Part shown: positions 24,370 through 33,550 of the stretch, piece by piece | Numbering within the stretch: position 1 is the first letter of the stretch | Layout: every line of letters starts with the position of its first letter | Origin: Actinomycetota bacterium | Lineage (GTDB): Bacteria; Actinomycetota; Thermoleophilia; Gaiellales; Gaiellaceae | Direction: 5' to 3' | Assembly: GCA_046734155.1 (NCBI GenBank) | Contig: JBKPQP010000141.1 | Span: 1-48,412, forward strand | Length of the DNA stretch: 48,412 bases | Position numbers and translations under genes: made by a program | Notes under the pieces: model-generated | Database searches by the model: none | Seen by the model: the letters and a program-made list of their open reading frames with translations, nothing else | Told to the model about the DNA's origin: nothing

Positions 24370-25636
24370 TCTCGTCCTCCTTTTCCTCGCCGGAGCCCGA
24401 CGGTCGATAGTACGTCTTGCCTTTGAGCGGCTCCGGGAGGTGGTCGACCTCGAAGCCGTGTGGATCCGAGTGCGGATAGACGTACCCCTTCCCGCGCCCG
24501 AGCTTTTTCGCACCGTAGTAATGGGTGTCGCGCAGCTCGTCCGGCGGGCGCACGTGCCCGTGCTCGCGGACGTCCTTGGCGGCCTCGCCGAGCGCCATGA
24601 TGACTGCGTTCGATTTCGGCGCGCGAGCCAGGTAGATCGCGGCCTCGGCGAGGTTGAGCCTCGCCTCGGGGAGCCCGACGTGCTCGACCGCCTGCGCGGC
24701 GGCGACGGCGACGACGAGCGCCTGCGGGTCGGCGAGCCCGATGTCCTCGGACGCGAGCACGATCATGCGTCTCGCTATGAAGCGCGCATCCTCGCCGCCT
24801 TCGAGCATCGCGGCCAGGTAGTAGACGGATGCGTCCGGGTCGGACCCGCGCATCGACTTGATGAAGGCGGACACGAAGTCGTAGTGGGCGTCGCCGCCCT
24901 TGTCGTAGACGAGCGGGCGCTTGCGGGCGGCATCGTCCACGTGGACCTGGCCGAGGGCCTGTCCCTCGGACCTGGCCGTTTGGGACGCAAGCTCGAGGAT
25001 GTTCAGCGCGTTGCGCGCGTCGCCTCCGGCTCGGCGCGCGATCAGCTCGACCATTTCGTCGGAAGCTTCGGTCCCGAGCTCGTCGGCTCCGCGCCGCACG
25101 ATCAGCGCCAGCTCGGCCTCCGAGAGCGGCTCGAGCTCGTAGATCTGCGACCGCGACAGGAGCGCGGAGTTGACCTCGAAGTACGGGTTCTCGGTCGTCG
25201 CGCCGATCAGCGTCAGGATCCCCTCCTCGACAGCAGGCAGGAGCGCGTCCTGCTGCGCCTTGTTGAACCGGTGGATCTCGTCGAGAAAGAGGATCGTCCG
25301 CTGCCCGTGGGCGCCGAGCCGCTCTCGCGCACCCGCGATCACCTCGCGCACCTGCGACACCGTCGCGGAGACCGCGGACAGCTCCTCGAAGAACGCGCCG
25401 GTCGTGTTCGCGATCACCCGTGCCAGCGTTGTCTTCCCGCTCCCGGGCGGGCCATACAGGATTGACGAGCCGACGCGGTCCTCGCCGATCGCGAGCCGAA
25501 GAGCCGACTGCTCCCCGAGGATCTGCTCCTGGCCGACGAAGTCCTCCAGCCGTTGCGGGCGCATCCGGAGCGCGAGCGGCGCGGTCTCTGGAAGCCGTTC
25601 GTTGGCTGCATCTGAGAACAGGTCGCCCACGGCCAC
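24362..25636 (-). CDS. rarA: Replication-associated recombination protein A (AAA+ ATPase RarA/MgsA)
   Basis: LALRMRPQRLEDFVGQEQILG, Walker A GPPGSGKTTLARVIAN, Walker B ILFLDEIHRFNK, GATTENPYFEVN, C-terminal MgsA domain (HYDFVSAFIKSMRGSDPDA, GYVYPH). Its stop overlaps the osmC start by 8 nt. Confidence 0.9.
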   Translation of the reverse strand: MAVGDLFSDAANERLPETAPLALRMRPQRLEDFVGQEQILGEQSALRLAIGEDRVGSSILYGPPGSGKTTLARVIANTTGAFFEELSAVSATVSQVREVIAGARERLGAHGQRTILFLDEIHRFNKAQQDALLPAVEEGILTLIGATTENPYFEVNSALLSRSQIYELEPLSEAELALIVRRGADELGTEASDEMVELIARRAGGDARNALNILELASQTARSEGQALGQVHVDDAARKRPLVYDKGGDAHYDFVSAFIKSMRGSDPDASVYYLAAMLEGGEDARFIARRMIVLASEDIGLADPQALVVAVAAAQAVEHVGLPEARLNLAEAAIYLARAPKSNAVIMALGEAAKDVREHGHVRPPDELRDTHYYGAKKLGRGKGYVYPHSDPHGFEVDHLPEPLKGKTYYRPSGSGEEKEDEND

Positions 25637-25677
25637 CGAAGTATGCTGGGCGCGGACCCAGCCAAGGAGGGCACGAG

Positions 25678-26475
25678 ATGGCGTTCGAGGAGTTGAAGAC
25701 CAAACAGAGCGTGATGTGGGGAAGCGGCCCCTTCGAGAAGATCGCGGACACGATCTCCGATCTCCACGAGACCGTCGCCGATCGGTTGCAGCCGGCTCCC
25801 GGCGTCAAATGGCTCGATCTCGGCTGTGGCACAGGGGCTGTTGCAGAGCGCGCCGCGGCGCACGGAGCCGAAGTGACAGGGATCGACCTCGCCCCTGTCC
25901 TCATCGAGACGGCGAAGCAACGCGCGGAGCAGCGTGGCCTCGACATCGACTACCGGGTCGGTGACGTCGAGCGCCTCGAGGTCGACGATCACGCGTACGC
26001 CGTCGTCTCGTCCGTCGTCGGGACGATGTTTGCGCCGGACCATCAGGCCGTGGCGAGCGAACTGGCTCGCGTCACGAAGCCGGGCGGCCGTCTCGGCCTC
26101 GCAAACTGGACGGCGGAGGGCGGGGTCGGGAAGATGTTCGGGATGATGAAGCCGTTCGCGCCTCCGCCACCGGAAGGTGCTGGGAACCAGTTCGACTGGG
26201 GTCGTGAGGACTACGTGCGAGAGCGGCTCGGCGATGCGTTCGAGCTCGAATTCGAGCGCCACGTCTCCCATTACCGGGTTCCGTCGGGCGAGGAGTACTG
26301 GGTGTTCTACTCCACCAACTACGGTCCGACGCGGACACTCGCCGAATCTCTGGACGACGGCCGCCGCGAGGAGTTCCACGAGGCGTGGATCGACTTCTTC
26401 GAGTCGACCTACGGATCGAACGGCGAGATCGACCACGACCGAGAATGGCTGCTCGTGCTCGGGACACGCCGCTGA
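25678..26475 (+). CDS. Class I SAM-dependent methyltransferase
   Basis: ATG 25678 preceded by AAGGAGG. WLDLGCGTGAVAERAA, VTGIDLAPVLIE, and the GGRLGLANW region. The track ORF from 25420 is an upstream extension. Confidence 0.8.
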   Translation: MAFEELKTKQSVMWGSGPFEKIADTISDLHETVADRLQPAPGVKWLDLGCGTGAVAERAAAHGAEVTGIDLAPVLIETAKQRAEQRGLDIDYRVGDVERLEVDDHAYAVVSSVVGTMFAPDHQAVASELARVTKPGGRLGLANWTAEGGVGKMFGMMKPFAPPPPEGAGNQFDWGREDYVRERLGDAFELEFERHVSHYRVPSGEEYWVFYSTNYGPTRTLAESLDDGRREEFHEAWIDFFESTYGSNGEIDHDREWLLVLGTRR

Positions 26476-27773
26476 GCGCGACCGTCTCGCTCCGTGACGA
26501 GGTGACGACGCTCCTCTCGGAGCTGATCCGCCTGGACACGGTCAACCCGCCCGGCAACGAGACCCGCGCGGCCGAGCATCTGCGTGCGTATCTCGAGTCG
26601 AACGGAGTCGCCTGCGAGCTGTACGCGAAGGTCCCCGAGCGCGCGAACCTCGTCGCCCGGATCCCGGGCACGGGAGACGGCCCGCGTCTGGCGTTCCTGT
26701 CCCACACAGACACGGTGCTCGCCGATCCGACAGAGTGGGAGGTCGACCCGTGGTCGGGCGAGCTCCGCGACGGCGAGATCTGGGGGCGCGGCGCGCTGGA
26801 CATGAAGGGCCAGGTGGCGGCGACCGCGGTCGCGATGGCGTCGCTCGCCCGCGAGGGGTTCCAGCCGAAGGGCGACGTGATCTTCATCGCGGCCGCCGAC
26901 GAGGAGGTCGGCGTCGACTTCGGCCTCGCCTGGCTCTGCCGAGAGCATCCGGACGCGGTGGGCGCGGAGTACTCGCTGAACGAGGGCGCGGGCGACCGCG
27001 TCGAGCTTGCCGGAAGGCCGTTCTACCTCGCGTCGGCGGCTGAGAAGATGAGCTCGCCGTTCGTGCTGCGTGTGCGGGGCCGGAGCGGGCACGCTTCGAT
27101 GCCGTCGATCGCGGACAACGCGCTCGTCAAGGCTGCCAAGCTGATCGAGCTCCTCGGTGAGTTCAGGCCCGAGCCGCGGCTCGAGCCCGAGGTGTCCGCG
27201 CTCTTCGAGGCTGCCGTCGGCGCGCCTCCGGAGGACGCCAACCAAGTGCTCGAGGCTGCGCGGCTGGTCGATCCGATCGCCGTCGAGCTCGTCGAGCCGC
27301 TGCTCGGGATGACCTTCTCGCCGACGATGGCAACGGCCTCGCAGAAGCGGAACGTGATCCCCGCGCTCTGTGAGGTGACCGTCGACTGCCGGCTGCTTCC
27401 GGGCCAGACGCAGGCCGAGGCGGAGCAGGTCGTCCGCAGCGTGCTCGGCGAAGCCGACTACGAGCTCGCATGGGTCGAGGGGCAGGGCGGTACGCGCTCG
27501 CCGACGGAAGGGCCGCTCTGGGATGCGATCGCGGGTTGGGTGGCGGAGACCGAACCGGAGGCGGCGCTGGCGCCGATCTGTCTCTCGGGCTTCACGGACA
27601 GCCACTGGATGCGCGAGGCCTTCGGGAGCGTCGCGTACGGGTTCTTCCCGCTGCGCTATATGGACCCGCAGCTCGCGACGCGGCTCGTCCACTCGGCGAA
27701 CGAGCGAGCCCGCGTCGACGACCTCGAGCTCGGTGTGGACTTCCTGCGCTACGCGGCGCGGGCAATGACCTAG
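26445..27773 (+). CDS. M20-family metallopeptidase (ArgE/DapE/ACY1 type)
   Basis: LIRLDTVNPPGNE, LSHTDTV, GRGALDMKG, AAADEEVG, HSANERARVDDL. Start uncertain: ATG 26445 overlaps the previous gene by 31 nt; GTG 26502 is an alternative. Confidence 0.8.
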   Translation: MAARARDTPLSATVSLRDEVTTLLSELIRLDTVNPPGNETRAAEHLRAYLESNGVACELYAKVPERANLVARIPGTGDGPRLAFLSHTDTVLADPTEWEVDPWSGELRDGEIWGRGALDMKGQVAATAVAMASLAREGFQPKGDVIFIAAADEEVGVDFGLAWLCREHPDAVGAEYSLNEGAGDRVELAGRPFYLASAAEKMSSPFVLRVRGRSGHASMPSIADNALVKAAKLIELLGEFRPEPRLEPEVSALFEAAVGAPPEDANQVLEAARLVDPIAVELVEPLLGMTFSPTMATASQKRNVIPALCEVTVDCRLLPGQTQAEAEQVVRSVLGEADYELAWVEGQGGTRSPTEGPLWDAIAGWVAETEPEAALAPICLSGFTDSHWMREAFGSVAYGFFPLRYMDPQLATRLVHSANERARVDDLELGVDFLRYAARAMT

Positions 27774-27790
27774 GCGCTACGCTCAGAAAC

Positions 27791-28576
27791 ATGGCCGCCG
27801 AACCGATTCGTCTCGGAGGGATGGCGCTCACGAACGGCGTGCTCGTACACGGGCCTAGCTCGTGGGCGCTTGCGATCCGTCTGCCCGACGGGCGGCTCGA
27901 GGTCGCGGCAGAGCGCAAGCGCTACCGCGCATCCGAGGTGCGGAACCCGCTGCTGCGCGGGCCGGCTCGACTCGCGGAGGCGATTTCGCTGCTCCCGACG
28001 GCCAAGCGCCGGCTTCCCGGCGCCAAGTTGCCGTTCGAGCGGCCTCGCGTCTTGACGGCGATGATCGCCGGCGCGGCCGTCACCCAGATCGCACGCGGCT
28101 CGAAAAGCCTGTCGCCGGCTGCACGCGAGATCGTCGCCGCGATCGCGTCACTGGCTCCAGCCGCAGTCGCGCTCCGCAGCTCCGAGCTCGCCGCCTACCA
28201 CGGCGCCGAGCACATCGCGATCGGCACGTACGAGCACGGCGAGGAGCGCGAGAAGGAGCACGAGCGCTGCGGCTCGCACCTCGTCGGCCCGCTGCTCGGC
28301 TCCCTCGTGATCGGAAACGTCATCGCCTCGCGCGCGCCGAAGCAGTTCCGGCTCGCAGCGCGTGGTCTCGCGTCGCTGGCCGCGGTCGCAGTAGCGACTG
28401 AGGTCTTCTCGTGGATGGTGCGCAACCCGCAGCATCCGCTCTCGAAGGCGTTGGCGAAGCCGGGACACGAGCTCCAGCACCGCCTTGCGACGGCCGAGCC
28501 GACCCCCGAGCAGCTCGAGGTCGCGGAGGCCGCGCTCGCCGCGTGCCTCGCACTCGAGGATGGCGACTCGCACTAG
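27791..28576 (+). CDS. DUF1385-family protein
   Basis: ATG 27791. IRLGGMALTNGVLVHGPSSWALAIRLPDGRLEV and YHGAEHIAIGTYEHGE match the DUF1385 pattern (GGQAV.EGVMMRG / HGAEHK) as I remember it. Hydrophobic C-terminal half. Confidence 0.65.
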   Translation: MAAEPIRLGGMALTNGVLVHGPSSWALAIRLPDGRLEVAAERKRYRASEVRNPLLRGPARLAEAISLLPTAKRRLPGAKLPFERPRVLTAMIAGAAVTQIARGSKSLSPAAREIVAAIASLAPAAVALRSSELAAYHGAEHIAIGTYEHGEEREKEHERCGSHLVGPLLGSLVIGNVIASRAPKQFRLAARGLASLAAVAVATEVFSWMVRNPQHPLSKALAKPGHELQHRLATAEPTPEQLEVAEAALAACLALEDGDSH

Positions 28577-29642
28577 GAACCAGCGGCTCGATCCGGAAGT
28601 CTTCGACCTCCCGGTCGAGAAGATGCGGGCCGGCTACTACACGGACGCCTACTTCAACCACGCGCGCGCCACACTGCTCGAGGATGGCCGTCATCCGCGC
28701 GTTGTTATGCAGGTCTTCCAGAAGAACAGCTCGTACCTGGGAGGCATGGACGAGGCGATCGCGATCCTCAAGCTCTGCTCGCACGACTGGGAGGAGCTGA
28801 CCGTCCACGCGCTGTACGACGGCGACCGTATTGAGCCCTTCGAGCCGGTCATGCACATCGAGGGCGACTACACGCTGTTCGCGCACCTCGAGACGGTGTA
28901 CCTCGGCGTGCTCGCCCGCCGCACGCTGATCACGACCAACGTCGTCCGCGTGCTCGAGGCTGCGCGCGGCAAGCAGATCCTGTTCATGCCCGCGCGCCAC
29001 GACCATCACCGCGTCCAGACCGGCGACGGCTACGCGGCGCATGTGGCCGGCCAGGTCGTCGGCGCGCCGATCAGTGTCACCACGGACGAACAGGCATCCT
29101 GGTGGGGCGGGAAGGGCGTCGGCACCGTGCCGCACTCGTTGATCGCGTCCTTCGGCGGGAACACGGTGCTCGCGGCGACGAAGTTCGCGGACTGGGCGCC
29201 CGAGGACCTGAACGTGACCGTGCTCGTCGACTTCGAGAACCACTCGGTCGAGACGGCGCTCGACGTCGCTCGCGCGCTTGGGCCCCGGCTCTGGGGCGTG
29301 CGTCTCGACACGTCGGAGAAGCTCGTCGACAAGTCGTTGTGGGACGAGATGGGCGAATTCAGGCCGACCGGGGTCAACGAGCGGCTCGTGCGGAAGGTGC
29401 GAGACGCGCTCGACGCGGACGGCTTCGAGCACGTGAAGATCGTGGTCTCCGGCGGCTTCACCGTCGAGAAGATCGAGGCGTTCGAGCGAGCGGGAGTGCC
29501 GGTCGACTCGTACGGCGTCGGCTCGTCGCTCATTCGAGGCGAAAACGACTTCACGGCCGACGTTGTGATGACCGACGGCCGCACGTCGGCGAAGGTTGGG
29601 CGCCACTTCACGTCGAGCGAGAGGCTCGAGCTGGTCAGCTGA
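28560..29642 (+). CDS. pncB: Nicotinate phosphoribosyltransferase (short archaeal-type NAPRTase)
   Basis: Start at ATG 28560 (MATRTRNQRLDPEVFDLP). YYTDAYFNHARATL, GTVPHSLI, VLVDFEN, GVRLDTS, VSGGF. Overlaps the DUF1385 stop by 17 nt. Confidence 0.75.
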   Translation: MATRTRNQRLDPEVFDLPVEKMRAGYYTDAYFNHARATLLEDGRHPRVVMQVFQKNSSYLGGMDEAIAILKLCSHDWEELTVHALYDGDRIEPFEPVMHIEGDYTLFAHLETVYLGVLARRTLITTNVVRVLEAARGKQILFMPARHDHHRVQTGDGYAAHVAGQVVGAPISVTTDEQASWWGGKGVGTVPHSLIASFGGNTVLAATKFADWAPEDLNVTVLVDFENHSVETALDVARALGPRLWGVRLDTSEKLVDKSLWDEMGEFRPTGVNERLVRKVRDALDADGFEHVKIVVSGGFTVEKIEAFERAGVPVDSYGVGSSLIRGENDFTADVVMTDGRTSAKVGRHFTSSERLELVS

Positions 29643-30681
29643 CGGTTTCTGCGATCCGCTCGCCGATGCCCGGCCATTCCGCGAGCGGATCGATCGAGCG
29701 GACGACGTGCATCCCGGCAGCCGCGAAGCGCTCGAACGCAGCGTTCGCTTCGCTCGTGTAGTCGACCGCGCCCGGGACGACGACCGGCGACGTGCAGTCC
29801 TCGAGTAGGAAGACACGCTCAGCGAGCCGGTGAACCTCCGTGTCACCTGCGAGCAGGTCGTCGATCGTCCATGCGACGCAGTGGCTCTTCGCCTGGCCGG
29901 CCACGACGACCGCGTCGTAGCCGAGGAGCTCCTCGATCAGATGCTCGTTCCGCTCGCCGAGTTCCTCGCCGTCGGGCCCGAGTGTGACCTCCGGGCCGAG
30001 GATCGAGTAGTGCTCGGTCAGTGTCTCGTCGCCCTTGACCTGGAAGGACGGCTGCGTCTCGCGCGCCATCCCGTGGAAGACGAACGCTTCCTCGACCGAC
30101 GAGACGAGCGCGTGCCCGATCCCGCCGAGCAACGCGTGGTACGGCCAGATCGTCAGCTCGTACTTCCCACCCTCCGCCAGAGCCCGTGTGTAGTGGGCGA
30201 GCTGCCGCTCCGCGTAGTCGCGGTCGAGCCCGAGGCTCGCGCACACGGCGGGGTTCACGCGCCAACGGCCGGACCCGACGTCGTCGGCCGAGACGAGCGT
30301 GTACGGGTCTGGGTGGTTGCCCTCCGCGTCCACGAGCCAGACCGCGTGGAAGATTTGCATCGCCCGGTGCGTGTCGAGGCTCGGCACGATCTGCGTGATC
30401 GCGCCGAGGTTGCGGTACAGGAACTCGCACAGCCGCCGGTTGTCGTCGACTGCGCCCGTCCCGGACCGCCCTCCGACGAAGAGCTCGAAGCCGGGGACGC
30501 AGAACGTGTTCTGGACGTCTACGGCGAGCAGGCAAATCCGAACGGCATCCTCTGTGGCCGGCCCGATCCCGTGCTCCTCGGCCCATAGTCGGGCGTCGCG
30601 AGCGCGCTCCTCGTATGGGACGCGCCAGACCTCGCCGACTCGCTCCGGCCGGTAGAAGTCGGGCACGGGCAGCTCGCGCAT
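29635..30681 (-). CDS. Isochorismatase-family cysteine hydrolase, probable nicotinamidase (long form)
   Basis: LLAVDVQNTFC (Asp) and VVVAGQAKSHCVAWT (nucleophilic Cys). Convergent with the NAPRTase gene, with an 8-nt overlap. Start taken at ATG 30681 (MRELPVPDFY); the track start at 30735 is TTG. Confidence 0.7.
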   Translation of the reverse strand: MRELPVPDFYRPERVGEVWRVPYEERARDARLWAEEHGIGPATEDAVRICLLAVDVQNTFCVPGFELFVGGRSGTGAVDDNRRLCEFLYRNLGAITQIVPSLDTHRAMQIFHAVWLVDAEGNHPDPYTLVSADDVGSGRWRVNPAVCASLGLDRDYAERQLAHYTRALAEGGKYELTIWPYHALLGGIGHALVSSVEEAFVFHGMARETQPSFQVKGDETLTEHYSILGPEVTLGPDGEELGERNEHLIEELLGYDAVVVAGQAKSHCVAWTIDDLLAGDTEVHRLAERVFLLEDCTSPVVVPGAVDYTSEANAAFERFAAAGMHVVRSIDPLAEWPGIGERIAETVS

Positions 30682-30740
30682 CGGACCGAGTCTAGTCCTG
30701 GACTTCAGGTTCACCGCCTCCCTGCCGATGGGCAACGTGC

Positions 30741-32288
30741 ATGCCGGACATCGGTCATCTTCTGACCCAGATCGGCGCTATTGCCCTGATCTGGCTACCG
30801 CTGCTGATGGTCGGGCTGATCTGCTACCTGCTGTGGCGCACGCTGCAGGTGATGCCCCGCGTCCAGACCAAGTCGACCAGCACGAGCTCCGAGTCGTCGG
30901 TCTCGTGGGACGAGGTCGCCGGGCTCGAGGAGGCGCGCCACGAGATGCAGGAGATCGTCGACTTCCTCAAGGACTCGAAGCGCTTCGCGAAGCTCGGCGC
31001 GCGCGTGCCGAAGGGCATCCTGCTCTACGGGCCGCCGGGAACCGGGAAGACGCTCCTCGCCAAGGCCGTCGCCCGCGAGTCGGGCGCGAGCTTCTACTCC
31101 CAGAGCGCCTCGGCGTTCGTCGAGATGTTCGCTGGGCTCGGCGCGGCCCGCATCCGCAAGCTCTTCGAGCAGGCGCGCAAGGACGCGCCGGCGATCGTGT
31201 TCATCGACGAGCTGGACGCGGTCGGCACCGCGCGCAGTGGAAGCGGCTTCAACCGCGAGCAGGACCAGACGCTGAACCAGCTGCTCGTCGAGCTGGACGG
31301 CTTCGCGAATCGCGACCAGGTGGTCGTCATGGGAGCGTCGAACCGGCTTCAGGACCTCGATGCCGCTCTCTTGCGCCCCGGACGTTTCGACCGCCAGATC
31401 CTCGTCTCGCCGCCAGACCTCGCCGGACGCGAGGCGATCCTCCACGTGCACACGCGAGGGAAGCCGCTCGCTTCCGACGTCGACCTCGTGGCGATCGCGC
31501 GCCAGACCTCTGGCCTGACCGGAGCCGACCTCGCCAACATCGCAAACGAGGCCGCCATCTTCGCCGGCCGCGAGAATCAGCAGCACATCCACCACGTGCA
31601 CTTCGAGAACGCGTTGGAGCGCGTCATCGCAGGCCTCCAGCAGCGTCGTGTGATGACCGAGAAGGAGAAGCGGATCCTCGCCTTCCACGAGGGCGGCCAC
31701 GCGCTCATGTCGTACCTGATGGGCGAAACCTTCCCGGTCCAGAAGGCGACGATCGTCCCCCGCGGCCAGGCCCTCGGGTACACGTTCAACCTGCCCTCGG
31801 AGGACCGCTACCTGCACACGCGCGAGGAGTTCATCGACTGGATGAAGATCGCCCTCGCCGGCCGCGCCGCGGAGCAGGTCGTGTTCGGGCGGGTTACGAA
31901 CGGCGCCGCGAACGACCTGGAGAAGGTGACCGAGCTCGCGCGCTCGATGGTGTTCGAGTACGGCATGTCCGAGGGAGTCGTCTCACGGACGATGCGCGCC
32001 GACAACTACGCGCTGTCCGAGGAGACGAAACGCGTGCGCGACCAGGAGCAGGCGCGCCTCACCGACGACGCCTACGCGGAGGCCGTGCGGCTGATCACGA
32101 AGCACCGCACCGCGCTCGACCGGCTCGCTCAGGCGCTGCTCGAGAAGGAGACGCTCGTCCGCGACGAGATGCTCGCGCTCTTGTCCGACGTCGAGCCCGA
32201 GTCGCGCGCGAGCGAGACCGTCGGCCGGGTTGTTCCCCTGCCGCGCGCCGAAGAAGCCCCCGACGGAGCCACCCCCGGCAGCCGATAG
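30741..32288 (+). CDS. FtsH-family ATP-dependent zinc metalloprotease, short form without a periplasmic domain
   Basis: Walker A GPPGTGKTLLAKA, Walker B IVFIDELD, SRH LLRPGRFDRQI, zinc site AFHEGGHAL. Only one N-terminal hydrophobic stretch (IGAIALIWLPLLMVGLICYLLW). The AAA module begins near residue 55. 515 aa. Confidence 0.85.
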   Translation: MPDIGHLLTQIGAIALIWLPLLMVGLICYLLWRTLQVMPRVQTKSTSTSSESSVSWDEVAGLEEARHEMQEIVDFLKDSKRFAKLGARVPKGILLYGPPGTGKTLLAKAVARESGASFYSQSASAFVEMFAGLGAARIRKLFEQARKDAPAIVFIDELDAVGTARSGSGFNREQDQTLNQLLVELDGFANRDQVVVMGASNRLQDLDAALLRPGRFDRQILVSPPDLAGREAILHVHTRGKPLASDVDLVAIARQTSGLTGADLANIANEAAIFAGRENQQHIHHVHFENALERVIAGLQQRRVMTEKEKRILAFHEGGHALMSYLMGETFPVQKATIVPRGQALGYTFNLPSEDRYLHTREEFIDWMKIALAGRAAEQVVFGRVTNGAANDLEKVTELARSMVFEYGMSEGVVSRTMRADNYALSEETKRVRDQEQARLTDDAYAEAVRLITKHRTALDRLAQALLEKETLVRDEMLALLSDVEPESRASETVGRVVPLPRAEEAPDGATPGSR

Positions 32289-32300
32289 CATCCTCTTCGC

Positions 32301-32705
32301 GTGAGGGCGAAGGGGATTCACCATCTCGGCGTGGCCGTCGACGACCTCGACGAGGCGGTCGACACGTATGAGCGAATGTTCGGCGCCGAGGTCGAAGGCC
32401 GAGACACACTCGAATCGCAGGGTGTGGAGGCGGTCGCGGTTCGGCTCGGCCAGAGCCGCGTCGAGCTGCTCGGGTCGCTCGGCGAGGACACGCCCGTCGG
32501 CCGATTCCTGTCCAAGCGCGGCCCCGGGATGCACCACGTGGCGTACGAGGTCGACGACCTGCCGCAGGGGCTCGCAGACCTCGCCGGGCAGGGTGTGCAC
32601 CTGATCGACGACGTCCCGCATCGCGGTCTCTTCGGCCTGCAGGTCGCTTTCGTGCATCCTGAGTCCGTGCATGGTGTGCTGGCAGAGTTGGTGACCCTTG
32701 GCTGA
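32301..32705 (+). CDS. mce: Methylmalonyl-CoA epimerase (VOC/glyoxalase fold)
   Basis: IHHLGVAVDDLDEAVDTYERMFG, VELL, GPGMHHVAYEVDDL, AFVHP. 134 aa. Confidence 0.8.
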   Translation: MRAKGIHHLGVAVDDLDEAVDTYERMFGAEVEGRDTLESQGVEAVAVRLGQSRVELLGSLGEDTPVGRFLSKRGPGMHHVAYEVDDLPQGLADLAGQGVHLIDDVPHRGLFGLQVAFVHPESVHGVLAELVTLG

Positions 32706-32922
32706 GGACCGGATCCGGATCGAGATCGGCTTCGACGGAGGCCAAGTGATGAGCGCGCACGTCCAGACGTCGGTCGCGGACGAGCTCGAGCAGTCGCTGA
32801 ACGGCGGCTCCGGCGCCGCCCAGATCGAGGCCGAGGACGGGCGCTACACGATTTCGCTCGCACGGGTCGTCTATGTCAAGCGGTTTTCGCGCGAAGGCCG
32901 CGTCGGTTTCAGCGGCGGCTAG
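32698..32922 (+). CDS. DUF3107-like small conserved actinobacterial protein
   Basis: 74 aa from TTG 32698. IRIEIGF...ELEQSL...IEAEDGRYTISLARVVYVKRFS...RVGF is colinear with my recollection of DUF3107. Overlaps the mce stop by 8 nt. Confidence 0.55.
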   Translation: MAEDRIRIEIGFDGGQVMSAHVQTSVADELEQSLNGGSGAAQIEAEDGRYTISLARVVYVKRFSREGRVGFSGG

Positions 32923-32967
32923 CTCGCTGGTTACAAGGCGCGCTCCAGCGGGCACCACCCTCAGTGG

Positions 32968-33537
32968 ATGGCGCAAGGAGCGGCGACGAGCATCGGCTAC
33001 AGCGCAGCGGTCGACCTGCGTCTCCTGGTCGCGCGGGCTCAGCAAGGCGACCGCGCCGCGCTCGAGGAGCTCTATCTCCTCCACTTCGATCGCATCTACA
33101 GCTACCTGCACGTCAGCGTCCGCAACCGCGTCGACGCCGAAGACCTCACGACGCAGACCTTCCTCAGGATGCTCGAGTCCATCGGTCGCTTCCGCTGGCA
33201 GTCGGCCCCCTTCTCGGCGTGGCTGTTCCGGATCGCGCACAACCTCGCCATCGACCACTTCCGGGCCCGGAGCCGCGTTCAGGCCGAGGAAGACGTGTTC
33301 GAGCTCGACGAGGAGGCTTCGGCCGAAGAGCACGCGCTCCAGTCGATCGAGCGGGACGGGGTGCTCGAGCTGATCGACCACCTGTCGCCGGAGCAGCGCC
33401 AGGTGCTGGCGCTGAAGTTCCTGTTCGACTTTGGGAACGCCGAGACGGCTGCGATCCTCGACAAGACGGAAGGCGCGGTGAAGTCCCTCCAGCACCGCGC
33501 GCTCGCCTCGCTCGAGAGACAGCTCGTCCGCTCGTAG
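32968..33537 (+). CDS. ECF-type RNA polymerase sigma-70 family factor
   Basis: Region 2: DAEDLTTQTFLRMLESIGRF, FSAWLFRIAHNLAIDHFR. Region 4: LSPEQRQVLALKFLFDFGNAETAAILDKTEGAVKSLQHRALASL. No recognisable anti-sigma gene downstream. Confidence 0.85.
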   Translation: MAQGAATSIGYSAAVDLRLLVARAQQGDRAALEELYLLHFDRIYSYLHVSVRNRVDAEDLTTQTFLRMLESIGRFRWQSAPFSAWLFRIAHNLAIDHFRARSRVQAEEDVFELDEEASAEEHALQSIERDGVLELIDHLSPEQRQVLALKFLFDFGNAETAAILDKTEGAVKSLQHRALASLERQLVRS

Positions 33538-33550
33538 TAGCGTCTCGGCG

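Noticed and set aside
24200-25946. Long alternative-frame ORFs over rarA (24200..25465 plus; 24366..25946 minus)
   Set aside because: The rarA frame carries Walker A/B and MgsA C-terminal motifs. The alternatives are Arg/Ala/Gly-rich and have no motifs.
30728-32371. 547-aa alternative plus-strand frame over ftsH
   Set aside because: It is an Arg/Pro/Gly-rich translation without motifs. The 30741 frame carries complete AAA+ and HEXXH signatures.
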